Source: a virus. Taken from it: a stretch of 64,000 nucleotides of DNA. A program made the translations under genes and the position numbers. Under the pieces are notes generated by a model, which saw only the letters and a program-made list of their open reading frames with translations, was not told the origin of the DNA and did no database searches. Position 1 is the first letter of the stretch, and each line of letters starts with the position of its first letter. Shown piece by piece: positions 20,893 through 31,817 of the stretch. The DNA lies in the IMG/VR virus record IMGVR_UViG_3300032282_005530, positions 18,366-82,365 of that record. One strand, given 5' to 3'.

Positions 20893-21869
20893 TTACTGCT
20901 CCTTTTCACATATTCTAAATCACTTTCATACATTTCTTTTGCTAATTGTTTAATATCAGTTTTAGGTTGCCAATTAAGAACTTTTTTTGCTTTTTCTGCA
21001 TTTCCTAAAAGGAATGGAACTTCATGAGGCCTGAATAATCTTGGATCTATTTCTAAATATTTATACGGATCAAGTTGAGCATTGTTAAAAACTAATTCTA
21101 AGAAATCTCTAACAGATTTCGAAATACCAGTTGCTATTACATAATCGTCCGGTTTATCTTGTTGCAACATCAACCACATAGCCTCAACATAATCTCTTGC
21201 ATGACCCCAATCTCTTTTTGCATCTAGATTTCCAAGTTGGATCTTTGCTTGTAGTCCTAATTTAATTTTGGCGGCGGCTATTGTTATTTTTCTTGTTACA
21301 AAAGTCTCACCGCGTCTTGGCGATTCATGATTAAATAATATACCACTATTTGCATGAATATTATATGAATAACGATAATTTCTAGTTAGATTGTGTGCAA
21401 ATAATTTAGCACAAGCATATGGAGACGCAGGTGTCATCAAGCTAGTTTCTACGTATCCTATTTCTGGTGTTGGTGCATCTCCATACATTTCCGAAGAAGA
21501 AGCTTGATAAAATTTTGTATCTGGTTTTATATTTCTAATTGCTTCTAATATTCTCATAGGTCCCATTGCAACACTATCAACACTATGTTCTACTAAATCA
21601 AAAGAAACTTTTACATGAGATTGTGCAGCTATGTTGTAAATTTCATCTGGTTTATATTGTTGTATAAATCTATAAATCGAGCCATTATCATTTAAATCAT
21701 AATATTCTAACTTAAAATTAGAATCTGATAATATATGATCTATTCTATTGGTATTGATTAGACTTGTTCTTCTTTTTGTGCCAATTACTTTATATCCTTT
21801 AGACAATAAAAGTTCTGCTAAATAAGAACCATCTTGGCCAGTAACTCCAGTTATAAGTGCGGTTTTCAA
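20889..21869 (-). CDS. gmd: GDP-mannose 4,6-dehydratase
   Basis: ALITGVTGQDGSYLAE, AAQSHV, YQASSSEMYG, NHESPRRGETFVTRKI. Confidence 0.95.
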   Translation of the reverse strand: MKTALITGVTGQDGSYLAELLLSKGYKVIGTKRRTSLINTNRIDHILSDSNFKLEYYDLNDNGSIYRFIQQYKPDEIYNIAAQSHVKVSFDLVEHSVDSVAMGPMRILEAIRNIKPDTKFYQASSSEMYGDAPTPEIGYVETSLMTPASPYACAKLFAHNLTRNYRYSYNIHANSGILFNHESPRRGETFVTRKITIAAAKIKLGLQAKIQLGNLDAKRDWGHARDYVEAMWLMLQQDKPDDYVIATGISKSVRDFLELVFNNAQLDPYKYLEIDPRLFRPHEVPFLLGNAEKAKKVLNWQPKTDIKQLAKEMYESDLEYVKRSSK

Positions 21870-21895
21870 AATAGACTCCTAAATATTAATATCTT

Positions 21896-23056
21896 TTAAA
21901 TAACACAATTAATTAAATCACAAACTTGCTTAATATCATCATATGTTAAATTTTGATTATTTGGTACATATAAACCATATTTATGTATTAAATCACAATT
22001 TTTTAGATTTGTTATTCCATGATTTTTAATCCAAAATGGTTGTAATCCCATAGAGCCAGCAATCAATGGACGACACTCAATATTATTATTTTTTAATACA
22101 TCTATTATTGTATTTCTATTTTTAGAAACAATTGGAAATGCAAAATTTGATATTAAATTTTCTCTCATAGCAATATTAACATTATTATTTTTAATATTAT
22201 TTAAATAAGTTTTAAAATTTTCGAATCTTACTTTAGAAAAACTTTCTAAATTTTTTATTTGCCTCAAGCCTATAAAAGCTTGTAAATCCGTTGCTCTAAA
22301 ATTAAATCCAGAATAATAAAATGTATATAAAGAATCAAAACCGGTTATTTTCCACTCATCTCTAAGTTTATTTTTAAAATGTTCATTATTGTCTCGATCC
22401 CATCCGTGATTTCTGATACTCAATAGAACCTGATACAATTCTTCATCATTTGTATTTATGAAACCACCTTCTATTGTGCTAAGGTGATGGCCAAAATAAA
22501 ATGAATAAAAAGAAGCAAGTCCAAAATTTCCTAAATATGTATCTTTATATTTACTTCCAGCACTTTCGCAATTATCTTCCAATAATAAAACATCATACTT
22601 TTTACATAATTCCACAATTCTATTCATATCTGGAACTAATCCTAAAACTGAAACTAAAATTAAAGAAGATGGATTTTCTTTTTCGAAGATTTGCTCTAAA
22701 TGTTCTAGATCACAAGATAAATCTTGTAAATTACAATCACACAATATTACATCCATACCTAATATTTCCGGAGATGAAACATCAGTATGCCAACTTAAAG
22801 AAGGTACGACTATTTTATTGTTCTTCAATCTTCCCATTTGTTGAAGCGCACTTAGGGTTAAAAATATCGCAGAAGAACCAGAATTAACAAATACAGAATA
22901 TTTAGTACCTATTTTTTCTGCCCATCTATCTTGAAGTTCAACAGTTAATTTTCCTTTTGTTAGTTGAGGAGTATCTTCTGTACTCAACCATTCACAAAGA
23001 GATCTAATATCTTCTTTATTTATTGTATCATTTACAAGTTTTATCATAGTATTCAT
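21896..23056 (-). CDS. DegT/DnrJ-family PLP enzyme, ColD-like GDP-4-keto-6-deoxymannose 3-dehydratase
   Basis: VNSGSSA, LLEDNCES, SFYFGHHLSTIEGG (His in place of the catalytic Lys), RNHGWDR. Confidence 0.75.
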   Translation of the reverse strand: MNTMIKLVNDTINKEDIRSLCEWLSTEDTPQLTKGKLTVELQDRWAEKIGTKYSVFVNSGSSAIFLTLSALQQMGRLKNNKIVVPSLSWHTDVSSPEILGMDVILCDCNLQDLSCDLEHLEQIFEKENPSSLILVSVLGLVPDMNRIVELCKKYDVLLLEDNCESAGSKYKDTYLGNFGLASFYSFYFGHHLSTIEGGFINTNDEELYQVLLSIRNHGWDRDNNEHFKNKLRDEWKITGFDSLYTFYYSGFNFRATDLQAFIGLRQIKNLESFSKVRFENFKTYLNNIKNNNVNIAMRENLISNFAFPIVSKNRNTIIDVLKNNNIECRPLIAGSMGLQPFWIKNHGITNLKNCDLIHKYGLYVPNNQNLTYDDIKQVCDLINCVI

Positions 23057-23933
23057 ATACCTTTCTTATTCCATCAAATAGATTTATAAAATTATAATTT
23101 CCAATAATATTTAAAAGCTTTTTATTTGTTACATCTTTTCTATGTTGACCATTTGGCTTTGTTGTGTCAAAAATAATTTGCAAATTTTGATTATTAGTAG
23201 ACTTTAAAGCTATTTCCGCTATTTCTTTTATATTGTAAATCTCATTATTAGATACATTACAGTTTTCAGTTATATTATTATCTAAAAATATTTTTATTAT
23301 ATATGCTAAATCTTTAGCATGCATAAATTGCCTTATTGGCGTACCATCTCCATAAATTTCTATATTTTGTTTTTTATTTTTATTTGCTTCATGTATTTTT
23401 CTTATCAAAGATGAAACATAATGTGAGTTTTCATCAAATTTATCATATTCTCCATACAGATTACATGGTATTAAATAATTATATTTTTTATTATATTGTT
23501 TATTAATAGAGTCAATTTGTACTGCTAAAGTTCTCTTTGCATATGCATATGAAAAATTTGACTTAGCTGGTGGACCTTCGAATAGCATATCTTCATTCAT
23601 TGGATAATTCGCAACAATATCAGGATATATGCAGGTACTTAAAACAGACAAACAATCTTCTACTGAATATTTTACACAATTTTGTAATAAGAATGTGTTC
23701 ATCAATACATTTTCTTCTAAAAATTGTACTGGGTATTTTAGATTTTCTGTTATACCGCCTACTCTTGCTGCTAGATGTATTACTTTTGTTGGCTTAATAT
23801 CTTTAAAAAGCTTATCTACTTGTTGTTGACTAGTCAAATCACAGTCTTTTGAAGATAAATATATGCCTTCGAACTTTAATTCTTTAAGGAATTTGCCAAC
23901 CATTCCGGAACCGCCAGTTATTAAAGTTGTCAT
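23028..23933 (-). CDS. fcl: GDP-L-fucose synthase / ColC-type epimerase-reductase
   Basis: GGSGMVG, HLAARVGGI, LSTCIYP, YAYAKR, PCNLYG, GDGTPIRQFMH. Confidence 0.85.
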   Translation of the reverse strand: MTTLITGGSGMVGKFLKELKFEGIYLSSKDCDLTSQQQVDKLFKDIKPTKVIHLAARVGGITENLKYPVQFLEENVLMNTFLLQNCVKYSVEDCLSVLSTCIYPDIVANYPMNEDMLFEGPPAKSNFSYAYAKRTLAVQIDSINKQYNKKYNYLIPCNLYGEYDKFDENSHYVSSLIRKIHEANKNKKQNIEIYGDGTPIRQFMHAKDLAYIIKIFLDNNITENCNVSNNEIYNIKEIAEIALKSTNNQNLQIIFDTTKPNGQHRKDVTNKKLLNIIGNYNFINLFDGIRKVYEYYDKTCK

Positions 23934-24532
23934 TTATTTTTTCTCCAACACTCCCAAACAAAAGGAAAGTCATAAATTTTAATAAAATTATTTTCTATTA
24001 ATAAATTTTGTATATTATTACGACGATTTTGACAATTTTCAATAAAATCATGAAATTGAACTTGTATGGAATTTATTTTTTGAATTGTATATTTTAAATC
24101 AGCTAAATTTTCTAATAAACTATATTCTTCACCTTCTATATTTATTTGGATTAAATCAATTTTATTTAAAGAAAAAATTTCAAACAATTTTTCAATTGTA
24201 ATCATTTTTATGTCTATAAAATTATCAGTTTTTTTATAAACAGAACTAGCATCCTTGTCTAAATATATTTTTTGTGTAGTATTTTTATCTGAAATACCAC
24301 AATTTAAAATGTGAACCTTTTTATTGTTTTTATATTTTTCTACTAGTATATTATAAAATTCTGGTACAGATTCTAATAAAATTATATTAGGATTATATTT
24401 TTTAATAATTTTATCTGCCCATACACCAGTATACGCTCCTAAGTCAACAACATAACTATCTTCATTGAGCTCGTGTTGAACAGAAAATGTATTATCTCCA
24501 TTCGATGAGAACCAATTATTTATATTGCTCAT
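23930..24532 (-). CDS. FkbM-family methyltransferase
   Basis: VVDLGAYTG; IDLIQINIEGEEY; IQVQFH. Confidence 0.8.
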   Translation of the reverse strand: MSNINNWFSSNGDNTFSVQHELNEDSYVVDLGAYTGVWADKIIKKYNPNIILLESVPEFYNILVEKYKNNKKVHILNCGISDKNTTQKIYLDKDASSVYKKTDNFIDIKMITIEKLFEIFSLNKIDLIQINIEGEEYSLLENLADLKYTIQKINSIQVQFHDFIENCQNRRNNIQNLLIENNFIKIYDFPFVWECWRKNK

Positions 24533-24535
24533 AAT

Positions 24536-25354
24536 TCATATTTCCTTCAGTAGTAAAGAATATAACGCTCTCTCTAGCATATCATAGTTAAGACTAAGAT
24601 TAAAATTAATATCAATATGCTTTTTTTTACTTTCATAAAGTTTAAAATCTATCTTATTTATTATTTTTTCTAAATAAGATAAATTATCGAATGTTAATAT
24701 GCCATCTTTATTAAAATAATCACCTATATTTGGACAACCCCAATAAATTGGTATTGTACCAACTGCAATACAATCGATTATTTTTTCAGTAAAATACCCT
24801 TCTATTTTAGCATTTTCTACAATAATAGAAAACATATAATCATTTAATCCATCTTCTTTAAATTTTATTGGCTTTGTTGAGCTTCCAAAAAAATCTATGT
24901 CAAAATTATTAAATTTTTTATAAATATCGTGCCTTAATTTATGTCCTTCAAGAAAATTTTTTTCAGAAAATATCATAGATATTTTCTTACTCTTTTTTTC
25001 AATAACTTGTGGATTTTTTATCCAACAACCACCCAAAGGAAGATATAAACCATTTGAAATATTTTTTATTAAATTTATATCATGAGTATATATACGATCA
25101 AATTTAGTACAATTTTCTTCCAAATAATCATATACATGAGGTATTAATTTGCGGCACTCTAAAGGCATCGCAATTTTTTTACCAGAAATATTTTCTATAA
25201 AATTAGATCTAATAAAATTATCAGTAAAAATAAAAATATTTGAATTATTAAAATTATTTCTTTCATATTCGATTAAATTAAATTCTTTATTAGGAACAGA
25301 ATATTTAATATGAGAAAAGTTTGAATCAAATAAATTAACAGTAATTTTATTCAT
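24536..25354 (-). CDS. Glycosyltransferase family 10 (alpha-1,3-fucosyltransferase-like); likely start MNKITV
   Basis: YMFSIIVEN...GYFTEKIIDC...GTIPIYWG alpha-1,3 motif. Confidence 0.8.
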   Translation of the reverse strand: MNKITVNLFDSNFSHIKYSVPNKEFNLIEYERNNFNNSNIFIFTDNFIRSNFIENISGKKIAMPLECRKLIPHVYDYLEENCTKFDRIYTHDINLIKNISNGLYLPLGGCWIKNPQVIEKKSKKISMIFSEKNFLEGHKLRHDIYKKFNNFDIDFFGSSTKPIKFKEDGLNDYMFSIIVENAKIEGYFTEKIIDCIAVGTIPIYWGCPNIGDYFNKDGILTFDNLSYLEKIINKIDFKLYESKKKHIDINFNLSLNYDMLERALYSLLLKEI

Positions 25355-26130
25355 ATTTTTATCCAGTCTTCCGGAAAAAGATCTTGTGTATCTTGTGGAC
25401 CAAATTCGCCAAACCACTTGATGGGACAAATTACCTTTTTTTGTTTATTTTTATTTAACCATGCAGACCACCAACTAAAAGTACTATTTGCAATAACATT
25501 AAAAGAACATCTAGACATTAAATATAGATCTATATAATCTTGTTCGTTATTAATAAATTGTAAATTTTTAAATTTTAAATTATGTTTGCACCATTCTACA
25601 TCGTCACTGAACAATAAAATATTTTTATCTTCGTTTAAAATTTGTAATGCATTTTTATAATATTCAATATCACATACTGGATGTATTTTAGGATATCTCA
25701 AGTAATCGCCTCTTCTAACATGTAAAGAAATTGAATTATTAAAATCTATATTCGAATATTTTTTATTTATATAAGAACTTATTTCTTCTGTTTCTTCAAA
25801 TAATTTTTTAATGTCTTCTTTATGATCGATAAAATATTTTTCACTCTGAAAATATCCATCTAAAATTTGATTATTTTCAAGTGTAATTTGTTCATATGAA
25901 AATTTTTTTTCATTAAAAGATTTTAAATATAAATTTGGCTTTTCTTTTGATAATATAATTTTTGAAAAAATATTATTTTTATATTTATCAAAACTATATC
26001 CGTGAATTGAAGTATTGACATAGTTTTGATAAATGACTAATTCTGTTGAAAGATTTTTGGATAAAGAAAAAGCCGCAGCTATTTGAAATAGCTGATTTCC
26101 TAGTCCGCCTTTTAAATTGCAGGATATCAT
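25351..26130 (-). CDS. Glycosyltransferase family 11 (alpha-1,2-fucosyl/colitosyltransferase-like)
   Basis: GGLGNQLFQ, GYFQSEKYF, HVRRGDY, NSTFSWWSAWL. Confidence 0.9.
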   Translation of the reverse strand: MISCNLKGGLGNQLFQIAAAFSLSKNLSTELVIYQNYVNTSIHGYSFDKYKNNIFSKIILSKEKPNLYLKSFNEKKFSYEQITLENNQILDGYFQSEKYFIDHKEDIKKLFEETEEISSYINKKYSNIDFNNSISLHVRRGDYLRYPKIHPVCDIEYYKNALQILNEDKNILLFSDDVEWCKHNLKFKNLQFINNEQDYIDLYLMSRCSFNVIANSTFSWWSAWLNKNKQKKVICPIKWFGEFGPQDTQDLFPEDWIKI

Positions 26131-26861
26131 ATGTTTAATTTATTATATGGTATTTTATTTCTTATTTTACGATCGGTTGATAATTGTAGATTAAGATTTA
26201 CTTTATGATCATTTATTGGATTGCTAGTATTATAGCAATAAAGAATATCAGATACACATTTATGTTTTCCACCACTCATCTCTAACATCGGAAACATTAT
26301 GGCTAAATCCCACGCCATTCTATAAAATTCACCATCATCATCTTTTAAGTCTTCTATTTTTATATTTTTCCAAAGTTTATATTTAAAAGTTCTTAAATGA
26401 CTCGCTCTCCATGTGTCTTTTCTATAAAGATTATTTTTTATAACATTTTCTGAATACGAAGTAACATTTGAAGGTAAAATTCCTTGTGGATAATGTACAT
26501 AAGTTCCATATGTTAACAATATATCTTCGTTAGAATAATAATAATTTAACTTATACAAAGCAAAATCATCAAATAACCAGTCATCTCCATCTAATAATAC
26601 TATAACATCTTCATCGCTTGGTTTTGAATAGTTAATAGTATCATAAATATTTTTTAAAGCATATTTTTTTTCAGTATTCGTTATAATATTTAATTTAGGA
26701 TCCTTATATTTATTTAATACTTCTAATCCACGATCTGTAGAAATATCATCAGAAAAATAACATGAAAAATTATCATATTTTTGAGATAATAAACTTTCTA
26801 CCGTTTTAGACAACCATTTTTCTGTGTTATAAAATGGAATTATAATTTTAAAATTAATCAT
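26127..26861 (-). CDS. Glycosyltransferase family 2
   Basis: IIIPFYN, DDISTD, LDGDDW. Confidence 0.85.
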   Translation of the reverse strand: MINFKIIIPFYNTEKWLSKTVESLLSQKYDNFSCYFSDDISTDRGLEVLNKYKDPKLNIITNTEKKYALKNIYDTINYSKPSDEDVIVLLDGDDWLFDDFALYKLNYYYSNEDILLTYGTYVHYPQGILPSNVTSYSENVIKNNLYRKDTWRASHLRTFKYKLWKNIKIEDLKDDDGEFYRMAWDLAIMFPMLEMSGGKHKCVSDILYCYNTSNPINDHKVNLNLQLSTDRKIRNKIPYNKLNI

Positions 26862-26864
26862 ATT

Positions 26865-27500
26865 TTAATGTCCTACTTTATACATGATATAGTCTGAAAT
26901 ATAGATTTTTGCTTTATTGTCAATACTCTTCTTTAAGAAGAAAAAATCTTCTGCTTCACTAGATTCAAATAATATATTATTTTCTTTTAAAAAAGATGTT
27001 TTTATAGCAAAAGATATACCTACATTTCCAACATATAAAGAGTTATTTCCATATCTTGGAATTATTGTTCCATCTTTTAAAATCATTCTAAATATGCAAA
27101 AATCAAAATCATTTTTATTTGATTCCAATTTTAATGCTTCAACATAATCAGATGACAAAGTATCGTCATCATCTAAAAAGCCTATCCACTCGGAATCAAT
27201 CTGTTTGTTTAGTAAATGATTTCTAACGCCGCCGGCTTTACTGTGATTTTGTGCTTTAAAATCAACATTTTTTAAAAAACCTGTTTTAGGAAGATAAAAA
27301 TAATTTATTCTATCGTCTTGCATTGGTATTTTTATTTGTTGTTCAGTTAATCCATCAAATCCAACATAAGCACACCAATCATCTTGGCTTTGTTTTATTA
27401 ATGAATTTAAAGAATTATTTAAACTTTCTCTCGCTACACTTGGTATAATAAAAGTAATAAATTTTTTCATAATATTATTTTTGATATTTTGTTGTTCCAA
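26865..27500 (-). CDS. Glycosyltransferase family 2
   Basis: FIIPS, RN, GFLDDDD, ED motifs. Confidence 0.75.
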   Translation of the reverse strand: MEQQNIKNNIMKKFITFIIPSVARESLNNSLNSLIKQSQDDWCAYVGFDGLTEQQIKIPMQDDRINYFYLPKTGFLKNVDFKAQNHSKAGGVRNHLLNKQIDSEWIGFLDDDDTLSSDYVEALKLESNKNDFDFCIFRMILKDGTIIPRYGNNSLYVGNVGISFAIKTSFLKENNILFESSEAEDFFFLKKSIDNKAKIYISDYIMYKVGH

Positions 27501-28525
27501 ATTTTTCCAAACAATACATGATCGCTTATCATCTGTTTATCATTCTTTTTTTCTCCAACAGAATTAAATGTCAAAGATTCATCATGCCAAAAAAATAAAT
27601 CTTTTCCATAATACATCACTTTCTTATTGTCTTCAGAAACTCTCAGACAAATATCAACATCCTGAAAGTTTTTCGAAAGTGAAGGATTTAATCCGCCATT
27701 TTTAATAAACCAAAATAAATCATATAAATGAAAAGCACCGGTTATAAATGTTTCACCTTTATCGCAATTTACTAAATGATTATTGGGTTTAGAAAATCTT
27801 TTAAAATGTAGTGGATTATATAATATTGGATTATTTGCAAATTGTATCCAAGCTCCACCTCCAAATTGAACTGTTCCTCTCCATTTTCCATCTTTCATAT
27901 CTGGAAAATGTTGCTTCACATTTTCACTATCTTCTGTATGGCCTCTAAATGATTTAAGAGGATAAAGAAGTTTAGTTCCGGAAATAGTTGAACCATCTTC
28001 TCTGTGCTTTTTAATTATTGTTTCTAAGTATTCTCTTTTTTCAACCCATAAATCATTATTCCACAATATTATTTCTTCACAACCTAATTTGTTGGCGACA
28101 TATGCTCCAATATTACAAAGCATTGAAAAGTTGAAACCCTTTTGATTATCAACTTGTAATAAAGAAAGAGAAGAGTATTTTAAAAGAGACGAATAATCAT
28201 CTGTAGAACGATCATCAACTACCATTATATTACAAATCTCATCAACCTTGTTGATGAATAAATTATTCAAAGTATATTCAATTAAATCTAGATTATTCCT
28301 TGAAGGAATAATAATAAATGGTTTTGTTTTATCAAATTGTGTTTTTTGTTTTGTAAATTTGCAAATATATTCAACATCAATAGATTTAAATTTCGCTTGT
28401 TCTCCAATTACTTCATCAAGCAAGATTTCTTTTTGTTTGACTATAAATTTATCTGTAAAAATATCTATATCTTCATTAAATAAATTACACTCAAAGAATA
28501 ATTTCTGTTCCATCTGATTTTCCAT
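27467..28525 (-). CDS. Glycosyltransferase family 2
   Basis: IIIPSRN, VVDDRSTD, FNFS, WNND, QDVDICL, HDES. Confidence 0.8.
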   Translation of the reverse strand: MENQMEQKLFFECNLFNEDIDIFTDKFIVKQKEILLDEVIGEQAKFKSIDVEYICKFTKQKTQFDKTKPFIIIPSRNNLDLIEYTLNNLFINKVDEICNIMVVDDRSTDDYSSLLKYSSLSLLQVDNQKGFNFSMLCNIGAYVANKLGCEEIILWNNDLWVEKREYLETIIKKHREDGSTISGTKLLYPLKSFRGHTEDSENVKQHFPDMKDGKWRGTVQFGGGAWIQFANNPILYNPLHFKRFSKPNNHLVNCDKGETFITGAFHLYDLFWFIKNGGLNPSLSKNFQDVDICLRVSEDNKKVMYYGKDLFFWHDESLTFNSVGEKKNDKQMISDHVLFGKIWNNKISKIIL

Positions 28526-29723
28526 TCAATACTTGAACAAATTTTTGTACTTGTTTTTGTTCCGCAAATTCTTCTAAAATATATTCTTTTAATTTCCTTG
28601 CTGGAGCAAGAGCAGCACCATAGTTCTTTTGTACTTTTCTCATAGCGTCCATGACACTACTTTCTTTAACAAAGCACCACTGACTATCTGCTTGTATCAC
28701 GCCTTCCCAAACTGCTTCTTTGTTTACATTTGCCAAATCAAAATCGATACTTGTAAAATGATTTCTCATTCTTACCTTGCCGTCTTCTTTAAGCGGTGCA
28801 AGTAGAAAATCAACATGACCACTCCACTTAGGAGCGATTACCGGAAGTCCATTGCATACCGCTTCGAACAATGGTAATCCAAATCCTTCTCCGTGGGTTG
28901 TTGATACAATTGCCTTAATTTTTGGATGAGTATAAAGAGATTGCATTTCTTCATCGCTCATATTACCATGAAGGAGATATACTTTGCATTTTGCATCTGT
29001 AAATTCCTTCTTTAGTAGTTCAATTCTTTTTTCGCACATCAATCTGTCAGCGATACAGTTTTTGGCAAAGTTCAACTTCAAAACCAACCCAACATCAGCA
29101 TCATTTTTAAACTCTTTTAAAAAGGCTTTGATAGTTGTTTCGACATTTTTCCTTGGTCCCCACTGTGCAACAGAAAGGAAGTTAAAATCGGTTTTTAAAT
29201 CGAGATTAATTTCTTTTTGTTCTAATTTCTTAACCGGAAAATGAACCACTTCAACTGGAGTTGTATTTTTAAAATCTATTACTTGACCTGTTTGTGGGTG
29301 TTGTAATTTATACTCTGTTACATCAAATATCTGCTTCGAATGATTGGATACAACAATAATTTTATCCATTAATCTTGCTTTATCAATCCACTGTGGAGAA
29401 ACTTTTGTTGTTTCAATACCAGCTGTATATCCGATATTTACAGCCGCTATTTTTTCAAATTCGTTTGGTATAGTGATCTGAATACTTATATCAAATGGAC
29501 CTTTTTGTTGAATGTATCCATGAGTTTTGGCCATTAATCCTGCAAGCCATTCTGTTTCTTGTGATTGTTCAATTGTCCAACCGGTTTTTCCCCAAGGAAT
29601 ATTAACAAGATATATGTCGAATAGGTCTTCTCTTGTTCGTAGAGAACGAAGTGCAAATCTCGCTTGTTCTCCGTAACCACTTAAAGATAAAGCTGGTCCT
29701 TTTACTAAAACTTTCTTTCTCAT
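28491..29723 (-). CDS. Glycosyltransferase family 4 (GT-B)
   Basis: SGYG; RKN; EGFGLPLFEA. Confidence 0.85.
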   Translation of the reverse strand: MRKKVLVKGPALSLSGYGEQARFALRSLRTREDLFDIYLVNIPWGKTGWTIEQSQETEWLAGLMAKTHGYIQQKGPFDISIQITIPNEFEKIAAVNIGYTAGIETTKVSPQWIDKARLMDKIIVVSNHSKQIFDVTEYKLQHPQTGQVIDFKNTTPVEVVHFPVKKLEQKEINLDLKTDFNFLSVAQWGPRKNVETTIKAFLKEFKNDADVGLVLKLNFAKNCIADRLMCEKRIELLKKEFTDAKCKVYLLHGNMSDEEMQSLYTHPKIKAIVSTTHGEGFGLPLFEAVCNGLPVIAPKWSGHVDFLLAPLKEDGKVRMRNHFTSIDFDLANVNKEAVWEGVIQADSQWCFVKESSVMDAMRKVQKNYGAALAPARKLKEYILEEFAEQKQVQKFVQVLNGKSDGTEIIL

Positions 29724-30985
29724 GCGATCTCCTTAAAGGTCCAACGAGCATAATTTTTTCTATTTTCCCATGAACCACGCTCATTATACATTTTTGTAAA
29801 GATTTCATCCCACTTATTCATAAGAGTTGCAGTATTATAGTTTATTTGTAAATGATTTCTGCCGGCAGTTCCAAGTGCGCGTCTTTCTTGCTCGCTCATA
29901 TTATAAATTTTTAATAGAGCATTTATAAAATCATCTTTATTTACTCGATCTTCATAAATAAATGGAACTTCTTGAGAGCCAACAATCATTTGTGAAACAA
30001 TTGGCAATTCAACACCAAAATAATTTCCATTTTCATCTTTTACTTGTTCTTGTAGTCCACCGGTTCTTGGAACGATTATTGGAGTTTCACATGCTAAACT
30101 TTCCATGGTTGAAAGACCAAATCCTTCGGCATCAGATAGGCTTACTGTTACGTCGGCAAGATTATACATCGCTGCTAAATCTAATGGACCTACTCTTGAA
30201 GGAGAGAACATAACTTCTCCATTTGACAAACCTAATTCTGCGATGATTGCTTCAAGATTTGGCCCATGTACATCTTTAGGATCTGTGTGCATCAATAGTT
30301 TGGCTTTATCTTTTCCTACAATTTTTAGGAAATCAGCAAACCACCATACAACACTTCCAGGATTTTTTCTACGAGCATTTCTACTGTTCCAAAATACAGT
30401 AAATTTTTTAACCGGGTCTTTTGGAAAGATCATCTTTCTAAAATTATTTATTTGTTCCTCGGGCATCCTTTTAAACATATCCATGTCGACCGAATGAGGA
30501 ACATAATGTGTTTCTACTTCTGGGGCCACATTTCTAACAATATCATCTGTTACTTTTGATATTGTTGCTATTATATCGTTAGACACATAAAAAGGTTTAT
30601 TGAATTTTGGATATGGATAATTGTCCCATACATGATAATAAATCATGGGAACATTGCAACGAATTTCGTCTTCTATTTCCCATAACCAACCATAAAAACG
30701 AGGATCTGTCATAAACCAAAGAATATCTGGTTTTTGTTGCTTTAAAATTTGTCTTATAAGATCTTGCGTACCATATCCATCAACTGGGACTATGATAAAA
30801 TCATCGCCCCATTCATGGGTTTTTTGTGGGCGATAATCATTGTGCTTCATCGCACCACCAAGGCATATGAAAGAATACTTACCAGTCTTTAACATCGCCT
30901 CGATCATATATCTGGTTTGAGTTCCAACACCAGAAGGCGATAATGGATGATCTGATATTGTTAATATCTTAATTTTTTTATTCAT
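29720..30985 (-). CDS. Glycosyltransferase family 4 (GT-B)
   Basis: RNARRK; EGFGLSTMESLACETP. Confidence 0.85.
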   Translation of the reverse strand: MNKKIKILTISDHPLSPSGVGTQTRYMIEAMLKTGKYSFICLGGAMKHNDYRPQKTHEWGDDFIIVPVDGYGTQDLIRQILKQQKPDILWFMTDPRFYGWLWEIEDEIRCNVPMIYYHVWDNYPYPKFNKPFYVSNDIIATISKVTDDIVRNVAPEVETHYVPHSVDMDMFKRMPEEQINNFRKMIFPKDPVKKFTVFWNSRNARRKNPGSVVWWFADFLKIVGKDKAKLLMHTDPKDVHGPNLEAIIAELGLSNGEVMFSPSRVGPLDLAAMYNLADVTVSLSDAEGFGLSTMESLACETPIIVPRTGGLQEQVKDENGNYFGVELPIVSQMIVGSQEVPFIYEDRVNKDDFINALLKIYNMSEQERRALGTAGRNHLQINYNTATLMNKWDEIFTKMYNERGSWENRKNYARWTFKEIA

Positions 30986-30994
30986 TAAACTTCC

Positions 30995-31804
30995 TCAAGG
31001 ACAGTGCTGTGTTCTATGGAATGAACACGTTGAGCACGATAGTTTATTTTTTATAAACCTTTCGTGGTCAACATTATGCACACATTCTTGTAAAAGTTTA
31101 AGAGCATTATTTACTTTTTTCTCACCACTAGTAACGCGGAATAATTCTACTTTATCTTTCTTTGCTGTTCGCTTAAGAAGTCCGAAATGAGTTTCGATTT
31201 TATCTACTGGAATACCGTGTTTTTTCGAAAAGAAATGCTTATAATAAGTCAACTGATAAGTGACCATCGCATCACTTTTCTTTTGTGGTTCCCATCCCCA
31301 ACTACAAGTTTTCCAGTCGATAATATGATGAACACCGTCTTTTGTTTTTAGAACAAGATCGATATATCCTTTGTATTTATAATCATCAGCCTTATATTGT
31401 TCAATTTCTTCAAGTAAATCTTCTTCAGCAGAAAAGAATTGAAATTCACCAAAATACTGCTGTGCTGCTGGATATACTAGATCCACCAACTCACGACCTT
31501 GATTTTCAAAATCTTTTAGATCTTTTTCTGATATGCCTTCACGGATTTGTTTTGATAAGGCACTAATTTCTTTGGAGAAGTTAAATGAAAAGTCTTTTCC
31601 ATAATCAAAAGATCCTTCCTTCTCTTGCTTAAAGATTTTCTCGCTTGTTGAGTGAATTGCTTTTCCGAAAGCAGTATGAATAGACTCGCGGCCTGCGGCA
31701 ATACCATCAACCCGAGTGAGTTTATAGTAGAAAGGACAAAACTTCCAATCTTTGATTGAAGAATAACTAACATAATCAGGTTTTTTATTTTCTGTTTCAA
31801 GCAA
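30995..31804 (-). CDS. PD-(D/E)XK nuclease, Cas4/RecB-like with Fe-S staple cysteines
   Basis: SYSS..W..CP; GYIDLV; IIDWKT; QLTYY; C-terminal CxxC...C. Confidence 0.8.
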   Translation of the reverse strand: MLETENKKPDYVSYSSIKDWKFCPFYYKLTRVDGIAAGRESIHTAFGKAIHSTSEKIFKQEKEGSFDYGKDFSFNFSKEISALSKQIREGISEKDLKDFENQGRELVDLVYPAAQQYFGEFQFFSAEEDLLEEIEQYKADDYKYKGYIDLVLKTKDGVHHIIDWKTCSWGWEPQKKSDAMVTYQLTYYKHFFSKKHGIPVDKIETHFGLLKRTAKKDKVELFRVTSGEKKVNNALKLLQECVHNVDHERFIKNKLSCSTCSFHRTQHCP

Positions 31805-31817
31805 CGGACACCTCTCG

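Noticed and set aside
30995-31804. Cas4-like gene as part of a CRISPR-Cas system
   Set aside because: No other cas genes or array in the window; solo Cas4-like nucleases are common in phages
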